Shown one piece after another: positions 52,134 through 64,000 of a stretch of 64,000 nt of DNA. The position numbers and the translations under genes were made by a program. This DNA comes from Octopus sinensis (taxonomy: Eukaryota), in contig NC_043022.1 of NCBI RefSeq assembly GCF_006345805.1, forward strand, positions 8,618,001-8,682,000. Direction: 5' to 3'. The stretch's first letter is position 1. Every line of letters begins with the position of its first letter. The notes below the pieces were generated by a model. The model was not told the DNA's origin. It saw only the letters and a program-made list of their open reading frames with translations, and did no database searches.

Positions 52134-52532
52134 GTAAACACCGGTTTTCGATGAAGGAGACCTTTGCAAATAACTATTTAATGTTTTTCCCAGCAACCAC
52201 AGTCACTGATTTAGAAAAACTGTCTGAAAGCATTAATAAATCTCCGAACGAGATGTAAACAGTAACCGCTCAACAACGTAAAGTGTACTAGCCATCTGAA
52301 TGTGGCTAGCCACATCTCCTGGGGCTAAAAGCGTCAGTAACACCCACCCCCAGTGGCTAGCCACATTCAGATGGCTAGTACACTTTACGTTGTTGAGCAG
52401 TTACTGTTTACATCTCGTTCGGAGATTTATTAATGCTTTCCGACGGTTTTTCTAAATCAGTGACTGTGGTTGCTGGGAAAAACAATAAATAGTTATTTGC
52501 AAAGGTCTCCTTCATCGAAAACCGGTGTTTAC

Positions 52533-52577
52533 CATACGTTGATGAGAGGCAATTACCCTGAAACTATAGTCCGTATG
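52533..52577 (+). ncRNA. Type I hammerhead ribozyme motif, U3 variant
   Basis: CATACG-TTGATGA-GAGGCAATTACCCT-GAAAC-TATA-GTC^-CGTATG. 6-bp helix I, palindromic ACTATAGT helix III, weak helix II. Confidence 0.75.
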
Positions 52578-52789
52578 TATCACTTAGGTTTTCGAGGGAG
52601 AATGACCTCCCTTTGCAAATATCATAAGGGCACAGAAATTGTGTCTAAGGCCAGCTGGAGACGTCGATCTCCTGGGGCTAAAAGCGTCAGTAACACCCCC
52701 CCCCCAGTGGCTAGCCACATTCAGATGGCTAGTACACTTTACGTTGTCGAGCGGTTACTGTTTACATCTCGTTCGGAGATTTATTAATG

Positions 52790-52839
<50 letters not shown>

Positions 52840-53359
52840 AAAATATAAAATATATATATATAATATAGGATAGAATTTTTCGAAAAAATTCAATCAATGG
52901 TCAGCATATTAAAAATACCTTTAAAGGTTTATAAATATATAATATATATATATATATATATATAATGTGTGCATCAATGCACATATGCATGTATATATGT
53001 CATCATGATAGTCATTATTTAACATGCTTGCATGTTAAATGATGCTTGCATATATTGGACAGAATTTGTTGAGATGGACAGAAGACAGGAAATCAAAGAC
53101 ACTTCTTGCCTGACGGACATTTATTTACAACTACCTCACAAAGCCAAGGCAAGGAGACAGTAACACATACACAATGGGCTTCTTTCAGTTTCCATCTACC
53201 AAATCTTCTCAAAAGTCTCTGGTCAGCCCAGTTTTTGCCCAAGGTCCCACATAGTGGGATTCAGCTCAAGACCACGTGGTTGGGAAACATAGACCCAGAC
53301 ATGCATGTGTCTATGAATGTAATAGCTATATGTACATATGTGTATGAATAAAGCAGGGC

Positions 53360-53683
53360 ACCATGTATCGAAACATAGTGCAGAACCCATTGCCTCATCG
53401 CCGTAAGCTTGTTTGATGTCTCTGTAGCAGACTTCCCAAGTTTAATGCAAAATTTCATATTGGCTCTTTATTCCAATTTCCTGTCCATGACAAAAATCAC
53501 TGACTACAGCATACACATCATTAGAAAAATGCAAATTTCACGACTTGCGAAGTAAACATAGAAATATCACTCAGCATACTGCCTTATGAAGGTCACTGCT
53601 AGCTCTCTCTGCACATGCAACCATATACTACCATCTGTTGGCATGCTACAGGATGAGTCTGAGAACTTTTTGATACCATCTTG
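53360..53683 (-). mobile_element. mariner 5' end fragment
   Basis: TIR-like end GAGTCTGAGAACTTTTTGATACCATCTTG followed by TA at 53684-53685. Track ORF 53261-53458 begins MKFCIKLGKSATET, a typical mariner N-terminus. Confidence 0.75.
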
Positions 53684-54920
53684 TATGAAGCACATGTGTA
53701 GACTACTGACAACATATTACCTCTAAAGTTTGACATGGGAATGTTACAGAAAATAATAGTATTAGGATCTGTAAATATTGTTAGGGATTCCTAGGCACTG
53801 ACATGGCTGTATGGTTAAAAAGCTTGCTATACGACCACATGGTTTCAGGTTCAGTCCCATTGCACTTCATCTTGGGCAAGTGTCTTCTACTATATCTCCA
53901 GGCTGACCAATCACTTTGTGAGTGATTTTGAATGATAGTAACTGTGGAAGCCTATCGTGTGTGTGTGTGTGTGTGTCTGCATTTGCCCTTCCCCTATCTC
54001 TTGATGACTGGTGTTGGTTTATGTCCCTGTAGCTCAGAAGTTTGGCAAAAGTAACCAATAGAATAAGTACCAGACTGAAGTACTAGGGTCAATTTATTCA
54101 GCTAAACCCTTCAAGACAGTGCCCTACCATAGCCACAGCCCAATGCCTGGAACAAGTAAAAATGCAAAAACAGGAAAGAAAATAATTTATTAATCTTGAA
54201 CTTTTTATTTTTGCTTTGCTTTGCATGTTTTCCATGATTTACCAAATTTTTGTTTTAAGTAAAGAAACTTGGTATATTTCTCAAGCCATGAATAATAAAG
54301 ATAAAAATAAAATGTGAGAATTTTCCTCGAAAAGTACCTTCCCATTGTAGATAAGTATTTCAAGATATTCATAAAATATTTCTGTAGCTTACTTGTAGTA
54401 GCAAATTATAGAAAAAAGAACCCAAAAAATCAAAAACTGCCAAGACTATGTAAAACTATAAATAAATGGCATCTTGTTTTATCTCAATTTTATACTTGAT
54501 TTACCATTACTAACATTGGCATTTCAACCAAAGATGAACACTTTCTTGAAACTGCTTCTGTTAAGATACCATGCAAAAACACACACAAAAAAGGAAGTTT
54601 GCTAGAATTAGCAACCAATTCTCCATCAACTTGCACCTTAATGCTCAAAAAAACCAAATGGGTGAACATATTGGAGAAATGTAGTCTTAGATACAAAATG
54701 TCTGTAAGAGAAAACAAGACCATTAGTAGTGAAATATCTTTGATCATAAATCTGCTTAATCAGGGTTGAGCTGGGACTAAAGAACAACAATGGAAAATGG
54801 TTTGGCTGTAATTTGATTTTTCTTTATCTTAATAATTGCAATATATTTCCCATGAAATACTCTGGACTTCTGTTTCAGTAAATTTTATAAAATAATCATG
54901 AATTTGGTAGGATTTAGGAA

Positions 54921-55245
54921 AAATTACTATTGTATTTACTTAAGTAGAATGTGATCACAGGTATAATGCAACCACAATTTTTATACTTAAAAATTGGTAT
55001 TTTATTCCTTTATGTTGCAAGAAGAACTCACCTTATTGTTATGTTAGTTAAAGAGCCTATAATATTTGAACTCGATGTAATTTAGTAAAATAACTATTGT
55101 ATTTATTTAAGTTAGAATGTGATATCAAATACAGTACAACCACACTTTGTACTTAAAAATCAGCAATATATTTTATTCACTTATATTTTTTAAAAGAATA
55201 ACTCACTTTATTGTTTTGCAAGTTAAAGAACCAATAAGATTTGTG
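54921..55245 (+). repeat. Old 167-bp tandem duplication
   Basis: ACTATTGTATTTA.TTAAGT.AGAATGTGAT..CAACCACA..TACTTAAAAAT occurs twice, offset by 167 bp. Confidence 0.75.
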
Positions 55246-56159
55246 AGTAAATGATATGTGTGGTCTTAGCAGATATAGAAGATTTCTGGCTAAGTTCTTT
55301 GTAAATTATGTGTTGTGTAGTGGACTGAATTCTCTTCTTGATTGTAATCAATTATCCTTTCAACAATTTTTTCACTGAAGCTACTCCTAACTAGTACATA
55401 TCACTTAAAAATATCCATGTCCAAAAATAAATCAGACCCTTTCCTACAGGTTATAACCTCAAGATTCCTAATAATGGTAAATGTTGGTTGGAATTTTTAT
55501 GGTGTCTTCGTCCAGCTTTCAGTTAGCCAATGTTAAGTTTCTGCTACTTCGTGTGTGAGTGTGTGTAGCTGTAGACATGGCTATTTGGTAAGAAGCTTGC
55601 TTCCCAACCACATGATTTCATGTGTAGCTCCACAGTGTGGCACCTTGGGCAATTGTCCTCTACCATATCCCCAGGTGATCAAATCCTTGTGAGTGGATCT
55701 GGTAGGCAGAAACTGAAAGAAGCCTGTGTGTGTGTATGTGTGAGAGAGAGTGAGAAATTATGATAAATATAGGTTTATGTTATTAGTTCCTACATATGTT
55801 TTGTCATTATGGTTGCTTGTGGAACCCTGCATTGGATGTCCAAGTCAATATTGATGTTTAACCAAAACAGATCATCAAGGACCATTTTACTGCATGACGT
55901 TATAAAGAGCTAATATAATTATATATTGGTGTGTGTGTGTGTGACTTTTTGTTTGTATTTGTCCCCTACCACTACTTAACAATTGATATAGATTTATTTA
56001 TGTCCCTGTAACTTGGTAGTTCAGCAAAAGAAGCTGATAGAATAGGTGCCAGACTTGGAGAAACAATAAGCACTGGTACTGATTAGAAAACTGAACAGTT
56101 CAAGGCTGTGCCTCAGCGAGGCCACAGTAGAGTGACTCAAACAAGTAAAAGAAAAGAGA

Positions 56160-56317
56160 TAGTATATATATATATATATACACATACATATAGATATATA
56201 TATATATATATATACATACATACATACATGCATGCATGCATGCATACATACATACATACATACATACATACATACATACTTGCATGCATGCATGCATGCA
56301 TGCACGCATGCATGCAT

Positions 56318-56348
<31 letters not shown>

Positions 56349-56350
56349 AA
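56160..56350. repeat. Compound (TA)/(CATA)/(CATG)/(CACG) microsatellite
   Basis: Includes self-complementary (TGCA)n runs. Confidence 0.95.
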
Positions 56351-57217
56351 CACATATATACTTTTATATCATCAGTGTTTTACGTCAACTTCTCCATGCT
56401 GGCATGGGTTAGAAGCATTTTGTGAGTCGGTGTTTTTATTATACCTTGATGCTTTGATATGTGTGTGTACTTCTGTGCCTGTATGTGCACACAAACATGC
56501 ACTCTAATAAAAATAACAAAGTAAAACAGAACAAAGAAAATAACATTATACCTGACTTGAAGCATTTATTAAAAAACGATTGAATCAGATTTGAAATTAT
56601 AAATGAAACTTGATAATTAAATTTTCAATGAGGGAGGATTTTGTAGGTTAATGAGAAATGTTGGCAGATAGGTAATCAAGAGGAAATAATCTTCATTTAC
56701 AAACTGGTACTCATTTAAATTTTATGAATACTAAATATGTACAAAAGCTAAGTGTATGATACATACTATAATAATAATAGTAGTAGTAATAATAATAATA
56801 ATAATAATAATATTAATAGTAACTGTTGTAATGTTTTATTAATGCACTTGGGGAAATATTAAATTATTATTAAACATTGATTATGCATAATTACCAGATC
56901 TTTTAATCATTGTAGCTTAATTAATTACTTAACGAATTCTGTGTACCAAGATATAGCTATTTAGATTTTGAGAAAATGCATGAAATTTTAGTGTGGGAGT
57001 TATTGCCATAGTTTAACTGCAAGCAACTGTAGAACAGGGATCATCCTTTGTTAGAAAAATGTAGGACTACGTTATCTAATGCATCTTCTCTATATTAAAG
57101 ATTGCAGTGTGTGAGGATTAACTGGTGGAGATTCTTGGAACAGCAAGGTCAAGGCCTCTACAAAAGATTGTAGTAGAGCACTGATTCTGCTTGGATGGCC
57201 ACACCCTGTGTCTAGCC

Positions 57218-57493
57218 CATTGGATCTCAGCAAGGTCCATATAACCCTTGTGAGTCCATATGGCTCTTTGAAGCTCCACATAAGATTTTGTTGGTAAAAT
57301 TTATGTGCAATAAATTGGCTATGCTTCTACAATACACAAACTATTTTAACAATTTTGTTTATATAGTTCCTAAAAATATTTAATTATATAAATGTGATAG
57401 GATTTTTTAAGCATCAAATGGCAATGGGTGGGGGTCTAGCAATTAAATAAGAATCAAAAGAGTTCATAGGTAAAAAATGGTTGAGAAACATTG
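57218..57493 (-). mobile_element. hAT MITE, second older copy without the nested insert
   Basis: The reverse complement aligns with both ends of 8390-8857. Degenerate TSD GTCTAGCC / ATCTAACA. Confidence 0.7.
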
Positions 57494-58775
57494 ATCTAAC
57501 AAATCAACGCCACTTCAAAACAGCCATGATTTATTATCCAATGTGTACTCTTCTAGGATGATGGTCATGGAGTGATTTGCAGAAGAATCACCTGTTATTT
57601 CTTGGAGTTCAAATGATCATGTAGAGGATTCCTTGTTAGCTCATCATGATGTAGAGTGAATCAAGGGCAAATGTATTTTAGATAGGACAGCTGTGATAAC
57701 AATAACCAGATGATAGTTCATTTTAAATACTGAATTTGGGACCCAATACTTTTGAAGACAATATACATTTGATAAAATTATCCATGATTATATTAAGTGA
57801 ATTACATCCTGTATGTGTATGTGTACCTGTGTAGAGAGAGAAAGAGTGATTGGCTGGGCTAGAACTGACTAGCTTGAATTCATAACAAATATATGCATAG
57901 ACGGAAAACAAGTGCATATGGAAAAACTCTTTGTTCTAACCTGCCCCGCTCCCCGTGTCAGTATACCAATGGGACAATCAACTACCACATATGTGTGTGT
58001 ATATGTGTGTTTGCATGTATGTATGCATGCATAGATGGATGGATGGGTGGATGGATAATGTCACATTATTGAAATCTCTAAGCTATGTGATAATGAATGA
58101 TTAATTCAAAACAATGTGAATAACTACACATTTGGTTTGATTGACAGTGTAATCTGAATATTAAAGGGTTAATTATGTGGGAGGAAACAAATAGAATCTG
58201 GGGAGACAAAGAAGCAATAGCAGAACAAGGAAAGAGAGAGAGGATGATAATAAGGGGAAAGAGATGGGCAAGAAGACAGTAAATGTTAATAGATGAGGAA
58301 TAGAGAAGAAAGGGTCATAAAGATACCTTTCTGGTTTGACAGTTAAAGCTTTATTGCAAAAAGTTGGGTGGCTTCTGCTTGATCATTTGTATTTGGTGTA
58401 ACAAATTTTTAATTGTTCATATTTTATTGTCTGAGTTATGTATGCACATTGTGCTGGATGTTAGATTTTTTATAGGAGCAAAGGTTAGAGATAGGCCATA
58501 GACAGGTCACATTTAGTGGTTTCTGTATAAAGCTTTGTTGAATCTAGTCAAGAGGTTTCTGCTAGTTTCTTATGCTATTTAGTGAAGGAAATATATATGG
58601 GTGATTTATGCTATTGTTGCATACAAATATGTACACTTGCAATGTATATATAATCATATATGCATACATACATGCATGCATTATATATATATATATATAT
58701 ATATTTTAGAGAGAGAGATGTGTGTATGCATATATATATATATATATATATATACACACGCACACATATATATAT

Positions 58776-58834
<59 letters not shown>

Positions 58835-58898
58835 CATACACACACACATGCACACATGTATAAAAAGAAGAGACAAATTGATTGGTAGATTTGGATAT

Positions 58899-58941
<43 letters not shown>

Positions 58942-59311
58942 AAGAGACAAATATGAATACTCACAACTGAATTAAGGAATACACATATACGTATGCTTGT
59001 ATTGATATATATACATATATATACACCGATACAAGCATAATATGTATATGTATATTTGCATACACTTACATATACACCTATATAAATTTACATACACTGC
59101 CTTACAAGTAAATTAGATACATGTGTCCTTTATGCACATTTCTAACTTCAATTACCATATACAAATATAAAGATTCTTATATATGAATGTGGATATTCCA
59201 ACAGAATAGACAAATATATGTATTTGCACATTTATATATATATATATATATATACATATGCACACAACAAGCATATAAACAAAATGAATTCTGAACATGA
59301 TGCATAAATAG

Positions 59312-59360
<49 letters not shown>

Positions 59361-59554
59361 TATATCAGCATTCATTCATTCTCTTATACAAAAACATGCA
59401 TATCTATTATGTATATATGTACACACACAAGCATAACACAAATAGACAGACACACATACACATGCATGTGTTTACATATACATGTATGTGTATGATTTTG
59501 AATAATACCTAACATAGATGCATAAAATATATACTTGTGTACGTGGACATACAT

Positions 59555-60420
59555 ATATAAACAGGTGCAGACAGAAATACGCAAAAATAGCCTCCAACTT
59601 AAAAATATGGACAATGTAGATATCGGAATACCTAAATGCCCATACATCACTGTGAAAGACCATAAAGTTAACTTCATGAACAACCAATCTTCCAGAATAA
59701 CAATCCCTTCTAAATATGTTTTCAATATCTTAGTAAAACAATTAGCACAATAATTTTTCAGTATCTAAGAAGATACTCAGCTTTCTGCAGTAATACATAT
59801 GCTGCAACTGAATGGTTCAAAAATAAGTACTACTTTCTTCAGATTGGCATTAAGGAATATTAAGCAACAGTATTAGAACAAATACTTAATGTTGTTCTGA
59901 AATTTGCCAAATCAATTACAGCTTTTAAGGCAGTGGAAATAGAGACAATATTACAAGCTAGAAATTTCTCGTAATAATGCATACTGGATAAAGAAATGCA
60001 ATAATAAACCATTTGATGTTTCTGCAGACGACACTGACATATGACACTCTATATATATATATAAGAACTACACACCAAGTTTTGCTTTGTTACAGGTGGA
60101 CTTTATAGTGATGCTGGACTACTCTGCCTCAGAAACTTTATTTAACCCACAACAAACAAAAAAAATTAAGAATAAATTACACCTCTGCTTTAAATATTTA
60201 GGTCCCTGTGCTACACTTGGCACACATCGCAAAGCTGTAGACTTTCTTGATGTGAACTTACACTTAGAATTTCTATAAACAAACCTCATTAAAAAAAGAC
60301 ATTGAAAAATTCAGTATATGCATATACAACTCTCAATTCTCAAAAGTATAATTCAACAACTCTCAAAAGATTATTATAAACCTTGTTAAGAATATCTCAT
60401 TAAGATTCTCCTCTTTATCA
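59555..60420 (+). pseudogene. Penelope-like element reverse transcriptase remnant
   Basis: Successive decayed motifs in the expected order: YITVKDHKVNFMNN, NTYAATEWFKN, FLQIGIKEY (for FxxFDIxxFYPS), ETILQAR, PFDVS, GLYSDAGL (for GLYRDDG), KIKNKLHLCFKYLG, VDFLDVNL. Many stops and frameshifts. Confidence 0.8.
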
Positions 60421-61176
60421 TCATCATCATCATCGTTTAACGTCTGTTTTCTATGCTGGCATGGGTTGGACAGTTTGACTGGGGTCTGGAGAGCCAGCAG
60501 CTGCACCAAGTTCCAATTTGATCTGCCAATGTTTCTACAGCTGGATGCCCTTCCTAATGCCAACCACTCCAAGAGTGTAGTCAAGCAAATCAACCCCAGA
60601 ACTTATTTTTTTAAAGCCTAGTATCTATTCTATCAGTCTCTTTTGCTGAACCACTGTCAACCTAATCTACTCACAAGTCTTTGGTCTATAGTAGAAGATT
60701 CTGTAGTAGATTCTGGTTCTATAGTAGAAGATATTTACCTAAGTTACTGGGCAATGGAACTAAACCTGAACCATATTGTTCAACCCAAAATTTGAAACTG
60801 CGTGATTTGTTGTTTAAACTAGAGCCATATGCTATTGGAGAAGGAACTTGACATTGTTAAGATGCAATCTTGGTCTCAATACATGCATAGTTATGTTTCT
60901 GAAATTTACTCTGTAAGTATGAGTCAACATATCCTATGGCTACATACACACATTATAGGCCTGTGTCTAAATTACATATGTTATAGGCTTGTAATATACT
61001 TTAATTTTTTAAATTTTTATAAAGATTTACAATAATTTTCAAATTTGTTATCTTAAACCTGACATGAGTCAAAGTTGCAAAGATCTTGGAAAGTTAGATA
61101 ACAGGTAAAATAAAAATTAAAATTAAAATTTCTGAGAAATTACTGTTTATAGAAATAATCTAATGAAAATGTACTA

Positions 61177-61274
<98 letters not shown>

Positions 61275-64000
61275 GTGTATACAAATCTGAGTGTTGTGTG
61301 TGTTTGTATTTGTGTGAACATGTCTGCCTCTGTAGACAGATGATGCAAACGTGTTTGTTTGTACATGTACATGTCTGTCCATTTATAATATTCAACTTGT
61401 TTGGTTTTAATTTGCAGTATATGTCCAATAAAGCTTGTTTACATGATGTTGGTACTTCAAAATGCATAAGTCAGCTGTATTTTTACAATCTAAAACACAT
61501 TTTAATTTTGAATATTTTAATGTTAAAAGAAATGATAATATTTATTAAAAATTTGAAACAGCAAAGAAATATTCACTTTTATATAATAATATGCATTGTA
61601 ATAATTTAGTTAAATTCCAATAAAACTATTAAAGTTTCAAATTCAAGAATTAAGCTAGAATAGTATTTGTCATCAAAATAAGCCAAAGTAATAATGTTGG
61701 AGTTTGTTAAATCACAAATGTCTCCAATATTAGAAATAACCATGTTTGAGTTAATGGTAGTGATTAGTAAAGATCTTGTTAAATTTCTTCCATTGACTTG
61801 AAGCATTTCAAATGTTCACTGGATTATTTTCAAAAAATGTAGTTTCCATATTGCTTTGCATGGTGATGAGGAAAATTGCATTCATATTTTGTACAAATTA
61901 ATAATAAAGAAGTTAGAAACAATCAAAGTTATGGAATTTTAGCCAACTGGAAACTTCAAACATACACAATGAAGGCATAGCAGTAAAATCTTTCTGAAAC
62001 TACACCAGAGCATCTGAAAGACAAAATTCACAGCATCACTAAATAAATTTATTACATGTAATCATTAAAAAAATTATGTGTATTAATAATAAACACATGC
62101 TTTATGTGTTTCAGGGCAGACTTTGTAATACTGATTTGAAAGTTTAGTACAAGGCCAGCAATTTCTGGGGAGGGGGTAAGTTGATTACATTGACCGCAGT
62201 GCTCAATGCCAAAGCTTGAAAGACAAAGTCAACCTTGATGGAATTTGAACTCAGAATATAAAGATGAACAGAATACCACTAAGAATTTTGTCCAACATGC
62301 TAACAATTCTGCCGGCTCATTACTTCCAGAATTTGCAATATTAAGTACTATAAATGTGTGTGTATCTGTTCATGTTTACACCAGTGTCTGTTATTTATTT
62401 ACAGACAGTATATGATATTAAGGTTTAGTTGATTAGAGGAAATAGCACAAATGGAATTAGAAGACTATGTGACAGATAGGACAGTGTGAGAAGTATTATA
62501 GGCAAGCAAAATTTTGGAAAGTGATGGACAAAATTTAAACATAAAAATATAACAATGAAGTTGTGTACAGTGGATAGTATGCTGAAAAAGGGAAAATGAA
62601 AAGAACCCTCTATCAAATTAGGGTAAGAAGCAAGTAAAGAAAAAGAAACATTTATTTGAAGCACATATATATTTTTCTGCTACATGTTGTACAGCAGGTT
62701 TAGTTGGGAGTCATTCTTTGGCCAAGCAAACAAGGAAGGCAATGCTGGGGCTTTGTCAGTGGAAATCGTGGTAGTGTTGTTTACAGTGGCTATTGTAATG
62801 TAGTTCTTTTTCTGGATTAATCAAAGAGAGAAGGGCAAAATCCATGATTTTCTTTTTTTACAAGTGTTTGACATCTGGTGGGGGTGACTGGGTGGTTGAC
62901 ATTGATATATATGTGTACGTTTGATAAAAAAGTTTCTTAAATTAAAAATTAATCATATTTTTTAAAAAATTGAAGGGAACTTCCTTCTAAAAGATTCATG
63001 CCATTCTGTACTTTTTAATTATTTTTTTTATATTGTCAATTTTTATTCAATTTTCATTTTATGAAAACCTTTCTTCAAAAAGTATCACAATATCAAGTAT
63101 TTTTGGCAAATAAATTCTAATATATATATGTGTGTGTGTATGCGTGTACCTGCATGCTTATGTGAACAAAAGAGTCACACTACCTATCTATTCATACACC
63201 ATCATAGTATTATTACTATTTACTGCTACTAATGATATTTGACTATGATTATTATACATATCCTACAAGGTGAACCCAGTTACACAACAAAAGTATGCAA
63301 CTTAATGAAAACCAGAGACACTTTGTAATACAGTACACCAAAACCACACATAACTGCATCAAACAACTAAACAAATAATTAATAAATACATACAAAGAGA
63401 AGACATTAATATTTGGTGTTGTGGCAGTGGGGAAGACCCAGATAAGATCTATGTAGTCAATGAAGAATCTAATTATTTATATATTATTATCTATATATTA
63501 ATCTCTCCACACCAAACTAGTAAACTTGTGTGTGTGCAGGGCCCAATTACAGAATTTTCAGTGGGGCCCTCTACTCTGCGAAAGCTGAAGATTGATATTT
63601 TATACTTCATGTAGTACACCAGCCCCAGCCAAAAAGCATTGAGGTCTTGAGGCTCCACCATTATCCACAGTGATATACTAAAAATTTATCATAGTGTCCT
63701 CTGCTCAAGCATGTACAAGGGGCCCTCTCTTGGTACGGAGGCCCAATTTAAAGAAATCTATGTAATTGGCTTAAAATCATGTGTGTGTTTATAAACTCTC
63801 AAAACAACACTAAATGCTATATACAATTATTAGTAGCATCAAGAATGACAGTAGTAGTCATACCAATCTAGCATGTAATAATCCTTCCATCTTCTCCACC
63901 CACTATTTCTGGGTGGGTTGTGGGAGCAGAGTTCTCAGGCACCACCTCCATAGGGTCTTGTCTGAAACAACTATAATTATACTTCCCTACTGGATGCTCA

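Larger units (their letters stand above)
51922..52793. mobile_element. Fold-back of a 353-bp hammerhead-containing monomer (retrozyme or Penelope pLTR-like)
   Basis: Period of 353 bp seen in both arms (51922/52275 and 52314/52667). The arms are reverse complements of each other, each carries one HHR, and both flanks are (TA)n. Confidence 0.85.

Noticed and set aside
54490-54747. 85-aa minus-strand ORF
   Set aside because: It overlaps an interspersed repeat ending in an RTE-like (AAC) tail, and has no domain signature.
2838-61609. Dozens of long ORFs rich in YI, HT, CV, poly-I, poly-Y or poly-N (for example 3864-4442, 24698-25438, 24796-25539)
   Set aside because: They are translations of (TA)n, (TG)n and (ATT)n microsatellites, open in several frames and on both strands.
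63538-63785. Possible GGGCC-rich MITE (also 35913-36048)
   Set aside because: TIRs are too degenerate and no TSD was found, so it cannot be classified.

Overview
AT-rich, repeat-dense metazoan non-coding DNA, most likely intronic or intergenic sequence from a coleoid cephalopod (Octopus-like, inferred from the SINE families and the abundant (TA)n, (TG)n and (ATT)n microsatellites). No host protein-coding gene could be identified with confidence. Nearly all ORFs in the track are translated microsatellites. Recognisable content: two copies of one Tc1 family (868-2134 minus, ~48045-49054 plus), a full-length decayed mariner nested in a SINE (13858-15136), a GC-rich Tc1 with intact ends (36182-37860), a truncated mariner 5' end, hAT and piggyBac MITEs, non-autonomous Helitron/Helentron elements, two L1/Tx1-like 3' ends, a Penelope-like RT remnant (~59555-60420) and dozens of SINEs. 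The most striking signal is a set of type I hammerhead ribozyme (HHR) motifs, found by eye: seven full-length motifs plus one truncated and one degenerate. They belong to several sequence families, most sit in or beside (TA)n tracts, and each has a palindromic or near-palindromic helix III. Three of the carriers are long fold-back palindromes (40111-40500, 40592-41098, 51922-52793). The last is a circularly permuted 353-bp monomer present as ~1.1 forward and ~1.36 reverse copies, as expected for a reverse-transcribed ribozyme-bearing circular or tandem RNA (retrozyme or Penelope pLTR-like). All folds were deduced by hand and are untested. SINE and microsatellite boundaries are approximate.
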